Made by a program: the position numbers and the translations under genes. The notes below the pieces were generated by a model. That model saw nothing but the letters and a program-made list of their open reading frames with translations, did not search any database and was not told the DNA's origin. A DNA stretch of 64,000 nt from Moniliella sp. 'wahieum' (taxonomy: Eukaryota): contig RSEE01000020.1 of assembly GCA_003971905.1 (NCBI GenBank), forward strand, positions 496,001 to 560,000, read 5' to 3'. Positions 51,854 through 63,253 of the stretch are shown in pieces (position 1 is the first letter of the stretch; the number at the start of each line of letters is the position of its first letter).

Positions 51854-53174
51854 GAGCTTAAGGCTGGGACAGGGAAACGCTACGCCTAATAAACCGAACC
51901 ATTCATCTTGCATGAGTTACTTGGTAGCACCACCAATGTTAAGGAACCAGGGGGGGATTGCCAGGATATCAGGACCCTCTGGTGTTATCGCCATCCGGTC
52001 CCGTACCCAAGGTAGCGCGTGTGGACACGGATGAACGTGTGGTAGACATCCGAGCGAGGAACCATTTCCATTGAGACTCAGTAGCCAAATCCTTCCAAAG
52101 CGCAAACATCTTACCCGCTGTCTTGGCGCCGTAGTATCCTCGTGTCGTCAAAACCAAGGGGGAAAACGGCTTTGAGTGCGTCTCTGATGGTACTTGGCGT
52201 TGTCACATTCTGCTTTTTCCAACAGCCGAAGCACTCCTTCTCCCGGCGTTCCAAAGGCGTCGCGGTGCTCTCATGCACCACTCCGGTAGGCGCTCTGCGC
52301 CTCCTGTGATCCTGTGTCGCACAGCGTGTGGTCCACCTCCATTCCTGATACTCCGATTGCTCCAGGCCCCATCACGCGGTAGTCGGTGCGCAGCGCCTTC
52401 CGCTCGCGTCTCGACCCATCCTCTTCCTCCACAGCAGGTTCGTTGCGGACTAACCTTAAAAGCTTAACCGTGAATCCTGAAGCAAAGATTATTCTACCGG
52501 CCATCATAAGATGATGGGCAATTTTGATGAGGAAATGCGCACTGCAGATGAGCATCATTTTAGGCAGCCCACATGCTGGGCAGTGGGGAGCAGATAAATG
52601 GGGCGATGCTGGATGGGGGGAGGGGTACGGGAAAAGGGCAAGGGGAAAAAGGCAAAGGGGAAAGGGAAAGGGGGGGGCGGGGGTTGGTAAGGGGAGGGCA
52701 AAGGGATAGCGGCATAGGGAACGGGGAGGAGGCAAGATTACATTGCACAAAGACATAGACGCGAGGGAGAGGCGGGGGGAGAGTGGGCAAACGAAATGAG
52801 CAAAGCATAGAGCGAGCCAGTCCCACTCGCGTCGCTAAGCCAGCTCGAGATAAGATGGTGGAGGTGGGGGAGAGGGGGCAGATACGAGGTGCGCAAGACC
52901 TGCGCAGACAACGGGGGAAACCATAGAGGCCACGTCCAGCTCATGGCAAGAGGGGTGCAGGCATAGAAGAAACCCAAGGTTTCGCGCCCCTCAACACACA
53001 CGCTGAAGGGCCGAAAAGGCGGGGAAGGGAGTAAACCACGAGCCTTGAATCAAGATCCAAACGACATACTTCAAGAGTCAAGCGCTAAAACCCAAAAGCT
53101 GTCCCAAAGAGCAAAAGGGCCAAAGCTGAGGAAAGGGTGGTGGAATGGGGTAGGGCTGATGGGGGTGACACCGT

Positions 53175-55050
53175 TCAAGCAGCCATTGCAGCCGGTTTGC
53201 CGTTTTTCTGGAACGTGCGGCCGGGGCGGGAACGTCCCCACGAGCCATAGGACCCCGCTTGGTGTTACGCGCCTGACCAAGGTGAACTCATCCTCAGTCT
53301 CCACCTTGGTCGGCGGGGCAGGCGTATCAGCAGAGGGCAGGCTGAGACTGCTGCTGCTCCCGTTTCGAGGGTTGGGCAGTGGTCGGCGTCTGGGACTCAC
53401 TGGCGCCGAGCGGGAGGTCCGTCTTGTTTGTCTGCGGCTCGGCTGAGACTCCTCGGGGTCTTGGTTTCAGATTTAGTCTCCGTCTTGGCATCAAGCTGGG
53501 GCTTCTTGGGCTCTTGAGATTCCTTGGGCTCCTTGGGCTCGGGCTTCTCAGCCTCGGCCTTTTCCGCAGAAGCAGAGACATGTCAGAGAAGTTCTTCTTT
53601 AGTCCTTCGTCTCTTCCGCGGGCGGGGGTGGCAGGGGTTCATGAGCACCGGCGAGGGCAGGGAAGTCAGCGGAAGAGAGGGAAGGTTGAGGAGCCAATTT
53701 CGCGGGCTTGCGAGTACGGTGCCGGGAGGCCGGGCGAGTCGAACGAGGTTCGTCATCCGTCTTGGGCGTCAGACGACGCGAGTCGTCCTTCCTGCGCGGG
53801 ATGCGCTTGGGTGGGCCGCCGTGCGGACCAGCACCCGAGCGGCCTGATACATCCGTTCCATCGGGCAGGATGTGAGGGAAGGCGCAATCGTCGCCCTTGT
53901 TGCAGATGCCATGAGGGAAGTAGCGGCAGGGAGGCATGGGTCCGGAGCGTTTCGTAGGACGGCCCGTGCCACGAAGTTTCCGGTAGGGACGGCCCTCGAG
54001 AGGCAGGTGCATCGGCGCACCCATTCGCGGCAGCGAAGGCTCAAACGGCGCTGCGTCCGCTTGACCGCTGTCGGGCCGCAGGCGGCTTGTGGCACAGCCG
54101 GGGGTACGTCAGTGCCTGAGGCAGGGGTGCCAGGGGCCAAAGGCTCTGGTAAGGCAGCACTCTCCCCTGCCGGAGGGGCAAGGAGAGGAACGGCACAGAG
54201 TGCATGACGGGCGAGCAGCTGGGTGGGCAGCGGGCACAGCCACTTGCCCCGGGCGTGGGGTGGGGCGGCGGCGGCGGCGGTGCGCCGAACCCATCACAGG
54301 TGGCATGTACATCTGTCCCGGAGCGGGCGGGAAGGGATACGCAAAGCCGGGAGGCGGGTAGAACATTGGCACACCTTCTTCCCTCGGGCGGGGGACGTTG
54401 GCCATGGTGGGCGGGTGGAGGAAGAATACGCACTGATCGCCATACCGGCATTGCGGGAAGAAGCGGCAGGGGATAGTCCGTGCCACCTCGGGAGGAGGAA
54501 GCGAACCCATTCCGGGGGCGCACCGGCAGGTGGAGGCGGCATGGCATGCGGCATCATCGGCGGAGGAGGCAGCATCATGCCATCCGGCCCAACAACGCGG
54601 GTGGGAACTCGGGCGGAACTTGGCCCGGAGGAGGGGGGTAGAAGTATCCAGGCCCAGGAACCACCATATGAGGTGCAGGAGGAACGGGAAGAGCAGGGGG
54701 GCGGGTTCTCAGGCTCGGCGGAAAAGTGGGTGAGCACAGCCGCAACAGCCGGGTGAGCACGGACCTGCTCGAGGTCAACCTGCGCGGATCGGCACCTGAC
54801 GAAATGGGTGGTGTCGTGGAAGAGAGACGGGGGGAACAGCCGAAACAAAGACGTTGGCAACATACCACGAGCCAAGAGATCGCGCACGATGTCGGCCTGG
54901 CCGGCGCTGGAGGCAGCCTGAAGCAGCGTCTGGCCCTGGTCGGTGGTGGTGAGAGCAGGAGCGTTGGAAGCGGCGAGAGCAGCATGGAGAGCAGGCAGAT
55001 CGCCCTGGCGGCGGCAGCAAACGCCTGGTGTGCATCTCAGAGTCGGCCAT
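53175..55050 (-). CDS. Ankyrin-repeat + two CCCH zinc-finger protein (putative RNA-binding; frameshifted)
   Basis: ATG at 55050. Ankyrin GQTLLQAASSAGQADIVRDLLARG|ADP spans intron 54796-54865. CCCH1 CRFFPQCRYGDQCVFxHP and CCCH2 CRYFPHGICNKGDDCAFPH. Likely stop ..AAMAA* at 53175. Confidence 0.8.
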
Positions 55051-55498
55051 GCTTATGAAAGAAGGGGACGAAGAGGAGGAGAAGGAGGTGCACAAAAGGA
55101 GTAGCAGGAAGACGAGTCCAAGGAGGCTGGGTGAAGGAAAAAAAAAGAAAAGTTGTTTGACGGGCACTTTGAAAAATCCAGCGCGTTCTTCTCGGCCCCG
55201 TTCCGCCCATCCGCCTCTGGCGTGTGACACCGGCCTGGCTTTTGTTAGCTGCGCACAAAACATACGATGGTCGGCCATCAAACTCCCAAGTCAAGCCTGA
55301 GGAGATGGAAACAAGCTCTCGTACGCCCATCTGCCATGCTAGCTGGGGGGCACGTGGCTTTCCCTGATGTTCCATCTACTGCCATTACCGCAATCGCAGT
55401 GGGCCTAGAGTGGGTGGGGAGTGTGTACTGTTACAAAATGGGTAGACAAAGGCCAACAATCAAACGACAGCCATCAAGACGCCGACAACGCAGGCGGG

Positions 55499-56339
55499 CT
55501 AGTCACCATCGTCTTTTGTCCGAGTCCTGCGTCTGTGCCAGCGGGAACAGAGGCACATTGGACTTGCAGCCGAGGCGACGCTGTGCTTGAATCGGCGAGA
55601 GTGGTTGCTGGGGACTGAAGTGTCCGCCCGTATGGCAGAATGGGAAGGTTTAGCGGGCAGGCCGGTCATCCGGTCACCTTGGGACGTCGGGGCGACGGGA
55701 TTGGGCAACACAGGCGACCTTGTCGACTCAACGAAGTTCGGGGAGACAATGTGGTTGTGCAAGTCTTTCGGTAGAAGCCCCGATGCAACAAGCTCGGGGT
55801 GTTCAGGGATAGATGTCAAGGAGTTGGCCGAGCTGCTCTTGCGAACATGCACGCCCCGCATCCGGCTCGGCGATCGGTTTTGAACCGCAGCGAGGATGGC
55901 GTCCAGATTGGCACCATAATAAGGCCGTATCAGGGCCTTCTTCCGGGAGCATTCTTGAATCCTGGGTGCGGGTGGAGGAGAGGGTAAGATATGCCCGCTT
56001 GGCTAGTACCGCGTGAGGACAACGTGAGCATTATGCAGTATGAAGTGTGGGATGGGGGTGGTGAGGAAGAGGGGAAGGGAGGGAAGGGGAGGGGAAGGGA
56101 GGGGGAAGCAAACGTACTGGTTGCAGGGTCAGCAAAGATAACGTAGACGCAGGAATCGTCGAACCATTTGATCTTGAAGCCGCCATGGTCATCTTCCCAG
56201 GGATGGAAGATGGCGACAATGTCGTGAGTCTTGAGCTCGACGTGAAAGTCGCGCAGCACGAGAACAGGGTGATGAGGGGGGAATTGGCCATTGCAGAGGG
56301 ACGAGAGGGCATAACCGGATGAGGTAGGGCGACGGTCAT
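55499..56339 (-). CDS. Small protein with R3HCC1-like divergent RRM domain (ends approximate)
   Basis: VLVLRDFHVELKTHDIVAIF....GGFKIKWFDDSCVYVIFADPAT|xKRAYL resembles the R3HCC1 RRM pattern (DFP..KTEDL..F..FDIKWVDD). Intron 56003-56117. Confidence 0.7.
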
Positions 56340-57753
56340 GAAGGCAAATGGATGAGATGTCGTGGTGTAGCGGCGCACGGACGACTGGGAGGGAGGATGC
56401 AGGGGGTATATCGAAGACAGAGATAAAGGGGGATGAAAAGGTAGACTGGGAGCGTGGATGAAACGAATGGAAGGGAAAATGGTGAGGTGGTGGCGAGAAG
56501 TGGAAGCTAGAGGGAGAGGGAAGTGCTGGTGATGGAAACATGCCCTCGATCTCTCTCTATCTCTTGTTTTTTTGTAAAAGATGCGATCGACCACCCCTGA
56601 GCAACGTCCGTATGTGGGTGAAGCCAGCTGCAAGGGGCCAACAGGCCGAGAGGAGTAGAGGCGACTGCGCTCCCACTGTAGGCTGGGCTTGCGGGGTGTC
56701 TACTGCTACTGCCACTGCTGCGATTACCGGTTACCGGTTACTTACCTCTCTCTACTATGTTTTCTGGCCCAACCTTCTCTCTGGCCCAGTCTGTGGTGTT
56801 TTGCCACCATCGGTGCAACGATCATCTGGACCACGATTATGGCGATGAGCCCTGACGCTTCAGCTTCAGTGCACAGGAGGGGCAAGTGCTTAAGTGCGCA
56901 GTGCATCGATCATTGGTATGTTTTCGCGATTCCTTTTTTTGCTTTTCGACAAGCGTGACATGTGAGGCAGAAGCCCCTGAGAAGAGGGACTTATCAAGGG
57001 GCTGTGTTTGAGGCGATCCGTGCGCGCGACGCGTGTTGGATATTCGCGTTTGGTGATCGACAAAGATTAATCGCGATTAATGATCGCCTAATTAATGATC
57101 GCCAATCGTTAATCGAGTCCATCAGTATGTCAATTTCAAGCCAACAAGCTTCACGACACCTTCGCGCGGACGACCGTCGAGCTTGGTCCAAAGCGATCAG
57201 TCGATGAGGTCTACCTGGCCCAGCTCGATCATATTGCACCATGGAGCCTGGCCAGTGCCTGACATCTCAGTTGCGTTGCATTCCCCCAAACACGATTATT
57301 GCCCGAATCTCCCCTTTGCACCCCCTCTGCCTATACTACTTACTGACGTTAAACGTCGAACGCGCAGAGAAAATAACAGCGTCTCATCTCTTAGAATAGA
57401 GTGCCAAAATAAGCCTTAGTGAGCCTGCAGTGGGGTTGCCAGTTTTCTGACAGATTCTGCACCAGACATAACATCCTCCCCCCAATGATCCGGCGTGGTC
57501 TTCACGAGAGGTGCATGAAGAGTAGGCTGTGCCAGTTTGTTCCTCAACCAACGCCGTCCCTCGACGTTGGACATTGATTACTTCGCCATTCAGCTTCGCC
57601 ATTTTCCCCATGGTGCGTGGTGCTCGATCCAATAATAATGTGGCAGTACCAAAACGCAAACGTTCTGACCTGAGAAGCAATACTATAATCGCCAGCCTTC
57701 ATTGATCAGCGATCAGCCCGCGGATGGCGCAGCTAGAATCGCGATCGGGTCTT

Positions 57754-59310
57754 TCAGATCTTGGCCAGAGCAGGGGGCATGAGAGCCTGCTTGTACGCCC
57801 ACGCAGCCAAGAGCGTATGAGCAATCGCCGTAGGACCTGGGAAGGGACTTTGACATCAGTCGGCAACGACTGGAACTGCATCGGAGGTGTCGCAGCTGGG
57901 TTTGGGGCCGAACTCGGAGAGTGCTTAGTACCCCGCGTCTGCCGAGCCAGGACAGCCACCACTTCTGCTCTTGGGACAAAGCGGGCATCTGCCAGCTCGT
58001 TGTCGAGATCGAGTCGGATGGTATCGTGTCCCGGCAAGACCTGGGCAAATGCACCGATCATCAAGTTAGCCGGGAAGGGCCAAGGCTGGGAAGATGGTAG
58101 ACCACATCCCCCACTTTGACACCCGCTTTTCCTGCACTCCCTTCGCACCGCATCTTCCAACGATTCTCCTGGCTCCACAAACCCGGCCAGGCCTGGTTGT
58201 TTAACGTCGGCGCAAAAGCATGGTAGGTCAGTACACCACTCCGCGCCACTAATTTTATCTGTACGACGTGTATCTCGCGAGGGGGAAGAACGTACAGGAG
58301 TAGAAGCCGGGTGGCCAATTTTTCCTGCCTAGGAGGATGCTTTCGCCATCAGGACTGAGGGCAGCCATGATGGTCACCGGGTCGGTGCGTGGATAGGAGT
58401 AGTTGTGCACTGCTTGGGACGAAGGACAAGCCAGGGATGCATCCAGTGGATCAAGTGTCCGATCCAACCCTGAGGAACAACTGCGCTTGTACCCGGCCCA
58501 TTGACTGTACTGCGTCCGTCCGCAGGCTGGACAAAACTGTGCCAATTCCATCATCATCGACATCGTTGACGAACGAGTACATATGCTACGTCAGTATTCT
58601 TTTTCCTCTTGGACTGGGCTGGCAGACCGCCGCCTCCCCCCCCCTCTCTCTTTCTCCTGCCCCCAAAGCAAAATGGGATGGGGGAGAATAGGTTGAACAT
58701 ACCTTATTGCGCTTGTTCCAATCGAGCAAACTCATAGCTTGGGCGACCAATGCAGCGTCCAAGCTAGGCCAAGTACCGAGCGAGGCAATCGCACGTGCAT
58801 CACCAAAAGTGTATTGGGCATCGTCCTCGAGCTCCGCACACAGACGCTCGATCACTCTAGGAACCTGCTCTGCGGGGAGGGGCATAGGAGAGGGACAGGG
58901 CAAAGTAAACTGTGCCTGTGGCTCCGACCGGGAGGAAGGGATGCGAGAGAGCCCGTGGTGGTAGTGGGATGTTCCTTCATCCCGAGCAGGACGAGGGCCA
59001 AGCCATGGGGCACCAACCCTTCTGTTGCTTCGCTTTGCTCGTGTCCATTTGGCTGGGCGCCAAAGACGGCGCCGTGGTGCTGTGGGTCGAGCGCACGAGC
59101 CACGTGGGTCCAGGGCAGGTAGCGAGCTGACCTTTCTGGTCGCCTGTGTCGTGGATCAGAGGACAGCCGTGGGCAAAGAGGAGGAAGCGGGTGCTAGGGG
59201 CCTGGAGAGCGCGGTTGAGGAACGCGTCATCGTCCCGCAGCCACGACAGACGGTTGAGCTCGGAGGCGGCGAAGAAATTGGCGGTGGTGAAGGTGCGAAG
59301 CGGGGACCAT
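57754..59310 (-). CDS. NPY1: NADH pyrophosphatase (NudC-family Nudix hydrolase), peroxisomal
   Basis: NFFAASELNRLSWLR, LLDWNKRNK|FCPACG, YPRTDPV, Nudix box S|CLAGFVEPGESLEDAVRRE, SQPWPFP, IRLDLDNELADARF, C-terminal ..ALAKI*. Introns 58537-58702 and 58193-58295. Confidence 0.93.
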
Positions 59311-60039
59311 CGCGGCGGGAGCAAGCAGGGCAAGTGGAGGGGCTGGGAGAGAAACACAAAACGAGGCGGATCTGGTGGATCGCTTGGGTCTTTGCCGGTT
59401 ACCAGGTTACCAGCCACCAGCCGCCAACCAACTCTTGTCTAACTCAAGTCTGACCGGCTGACCGGCAGCGACGATCACCGGGATCACCGGCCACCACACC
59501 TCCGGTCCAGGCTTCGAGGCCTGAGGTCAGGGGCCTGAGGGTTTGAATCTCTCACACGGGGGAAAAGAAAACTGAAAGATGCAGGATGGTGCTACACTCG
59601 TGGCCCAGCCTAGATCGATGCGCGTGCTATATGATGACCACCACCACCGCCTGCTGCCGGCGTGTTGGCTGGCCTCGTGGTTGGTTTTGGTCCAAGCCCG
59701 CCTTCTACTAGCCCTGCATCCTGCGCTGGCTGGCTGGCTCGCTGGCTCGCTGGCCTTCTCAAAACATGCCATGTGCGTCGGCTGGACCAATATCCGCAAC
59801 CGCGAGCTGGAGCTACGCAACTAAGTACGCCAAATAGTTTCTATTCGCATAGACGACCGACGACGACATGCATCAACACGTGGAGAGGAGGGGGGGCGCA
59901 CAGGGTACGTGTTCAGGACGCGGACGCATAGGGAGGGGAGGCTGGAGACCTGTGCGTCACGATTCACAGAACGCACAGAACCCAAAGGGGACCAGAGCTG
60001 TCAGAACAGCAAAGAGAAGGGGGGGGGAGGGTCCCAAAG

Positions 60040-62506
60040 TTAAAAGTCTTCGCCCGACAAATCACTTTCGGAATCGGAGCTTTCCGAATTGACCAGATCA
60101 TCATGACCTGGGAGCGGAGAGCCCTTCCCCCCGCTCCTACTTCCTCGCCGATACCTTCAAACTGTTGCAACTGAGCCTGCAGCGCTCAATCCGTGCCGTT
60201 TCCCGACTCGTCGAGCGTCTTTCCCTTCAACCCGCCCGTGCCACGTTTGCGTCCATCATTAGCGTTCTTGACTGGTTTGCTATGCGTTGTTCTTGTCATT
60301 GGGCCGGACCACATAGCGGTACAGTCGGTAGAGCGTCCGTGGACTCAAATCATCAATGTCCAACTCAATTTCTTCCTCCTCGACGGTAGAACCAGGCTTG
60401 TCTTCCGCAATGATCTGAGCGCCCCCTCCAGTCGATCTTCAGGGAGAGTGGTAATCTGTTGGCCAGTTCCTTTCTTTTTGTTGTACGTGACCAATCGTAC
60501 ATCCTCAGCATCCGACGCGTTCGATGCACCCACCTGGGACTTCCGAGCACGCGGAGCAGTAGATCTTGGTAGGACGCTGGGTGCCACAGCAACCGAGCCA
60601 GCTGCCGCTTCATCCCCAACACTTTCTCACCTGGCGTGCTCGACCGACGGCCAGAAGGCCCCGTCGGCCTAGGCGCTGCACCAGCACTCTTCTTGGGTCG
60701 CTTAGCAGGCGGCCGCTTCACGCTACCCTCGCTCGTCGCGACGGATTTGCGGCGCTTGGTGCCACTAGGCAAGCTGCCACCTCCGGTGCCACCGGCACCA
60801 TAGCCACTAGGGGAAGAAGATAGGGCGCCTTCGGGCAAGGCGCCGAGCAAGGACAAGGTTGACCTTGCATGGGCCAAGGCACGTGGGGAAGGTTTGCCCA
60901 TCAACCTCCTCAGCTTGACGGAGAAGGAAATCAGCTTGTTGGCGCAGAGCTTGTGCCAACAAGGTGGATTCCGGAACGGATTGTGGTGGTGGGGTGGCGA
61001 CGGTTCCAGAGGGTGAGGCAGGAAAGGCTTAGGCTGGGGTCTTTTGGCCCAAGCTCGATCATACACCTCCTTCACTCGCTGGCCCATGACAAATACGTCC
61101 GATCCAGGCGGGTTGAAAGTAAAGCAGTTGCGAAAGAGAAGTTGGAGATCGGCATCAAATTCATCCGCGTCAGCGTAGCGACCATGGCGCAACTTGTCCT
61201 GCACCTCTGTGAGCGAGATGGGATGTTGAATCATGGCATAGTATGCCGGAGCATAATCCAACGACCGGTCGGGCAGTTCATAAAATACCCACGCCACGTC
61301 CGAGTGGGAAGGCTTAAACAATTCCTCCAGTACCTTGCCGCAAAACTTGAGCTCATTGGCAGCCACTTTATCCCAATGCGCAGCCTCGGCCTCCGATTGA
61401 GCCGCCTCCACCATACGGGACTTGCGCCGCACCTGCCCATTGGAAGCATTGTCGTACAAAACATCTTTTGACGGAGGTGGATGAACGTCCCGTTTAGGTC
61501 GGGTGAGATCAAAGGTGGAGGGAGCGCGAGACGATGCTGCGGCGGCAGGGAGCGTCGAAGTGGCCGAGGGAAGATTGGCAAAGTGCTTGTCAAACACCGA
61601 CTCAAGTACGTCGGCATGGAGCGAGATGAGGTGGGTGGGGCCATTGAACAAACGCGTGTTGGAAAAGACGAGACGAACATCGTTTTCAAACTGGAGCGGG
61701 GTTAAGTACACATCTTTCCGCACGTCGAGCCCCCAACTGGGCGCGGCCTTGACCTTTTCCGTTGGCTTGGTACCTCCCTTGATGGCCGCGGCAGTAAGAG
61801 CGAGCTTAATGTCTATCGTACCAAGGTCCATGGGATGGGTAACAATGGTAGGGTAATGAGGCACGCCCAACGCGATGGGGTCAACGGGGGAGAGAAAGGC
61901 GCGAGCCTCGGCGCGGCCCTTGAGCGCCTTGACGACATTTTGCATAAACTTGACCTGCGCACCGGTGATCTTGATCGGTCGGGGCGCCAATCCGCCAATT
62001 ATGAGGCTCGGGTCCCATGGGGGCACCTCTTTTTTAGGTGGGGAGTGGACGGCAGCAGTGGGTGCTCCTGGGGGAGGTGGGGGTGGAGGGTTTGAAGATG
62101 GAGAGGGAACGGAGGCGGGGGCAGGAGCCGTAATGGGGCTGGATGCAAGTGCAGACGCAGGTGCAGAGACAGACACAGGTGCGGACGCAGGTGCGGACGC
62201 AGGTGCGGATGCGGATGCGGGAGCGGGAGCGGGCTCGGAAGCCGAAACAAGCGCGGGGGCGGAGCGGGGGCGGACGCGGGGCGGACGCGGGGGCGGACTC
62301 GGTTGGGTTGGAAAAATAAGTGGCGGAGGCGACTGGGGTGGGTGAGGTTGTACATCAGAGGCGGTGGTGGGATGGGTGGCGGTGATGGTATTGGTGGAGA
62401 GGGCCGCATCTCCCGGGTCGGCGACAGCGGGTGCTGCCGCGGGCGCCGCGGCTGGATCCGAAGCGGGAGGGAGTGGCGCAGGCAGGGGTGGTGGTGATGG
62501 GCTCAT
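60040..62506 (-). CDS. BDF1: BET-family double bromodomain + ET domain protein
   Basis: BD1 FLSPVDPIALGVPHYPTIVTHPMDLGTI..VFSNTRLFN. BD2 AWVFYE..YYAMIQHPISL..LLFRNCFTFNPP. ET VTYNKKKELA..EIELDIDDLSPRTLYRLY. Acidic SEED-like tail SESSDSESDLSGEDF* (stop 60040), reached through frameshifts. Confidence 0.93.
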
Positions 62507-63253
62507 TCTGGACAGCGTCTACGGGGGAGTGTGGCGCAGCAAGTAGGGCACGTCGGCGTGGGCTGGCGGCGGCGGCGGTGGTGCTGAGGGTGGCGGTGGT
62601 GGTGGTGGAGCAGAGGCAAAAAAAACGCGGCGGCCAGACGCGACGCCAGGACTGAAGCCGGGGCACGTCACGCGTCACGCGTGGGTGTGGCGCGAGCCAA
62701 CGCGGCTGTCACCCCACCGGCACGCTCCCGCACAGGGGCAGTGTGGCTGCGGCTTCCGTGTGACGATGGCATCACAGATGACATCACTGAGCGGCCCCTT
62801 GCAGGGCGGAATGAGGGCGCGCGTTCCGCCTGGCCCCCGTGAGCGAGGCGAGCGCGTAATTTAACTGTTCAGCCCACAGCAAGTACGAAGTACACTACAC
62901 CGTCCCACCATTGAGCGGACGCAGGGCAGGGAATGCCTGCTTCGCCAAGCGGGGGCGACGCGGGGCAGTGGTGGGGGTGAGAATACGGCAGGGGGGAGAA
63001 GAAAGGGCCAACTGAGGCAGGAGCGCAGCATCCCCGATGGTATATGAAGCGATGGATGGATGATCCGGCGATGGATGACTGGGCTAGCAAACTCTAGCCT
63101 CGGGGGTACGTAAGCCGCCGCTTACGTGGTCGTTGTCTTCAGTTGAACATTTGCACTGGGAAGCCCCCGCGCCCGCTCGGCCCCGCCCGCCATCGCCATT
63201 GCTCGTCCGTCTCTGTCCTGCGCCCCACCACACCCTCTCGTTCTACTGCTCTC

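Larger units (their letters stand above)
36370..52300. other. Gene-poor island rich in decayed transposon and repeat relics
   Basis: No recognisable conserved host gene between SSH4 and the CCCH gene. Visibly less GC-rich, with short broken ORFs, multiple LTR-like copies, a MITE and a minisatellite. Confidence 0.65.

Noticed and set aside
51917..52756. Minus-strand ORF pieces (RRERKALRTDYR) faintly like Nse4 or gag
   Set aside because: The similarity is limited to a few residues and does not extend.
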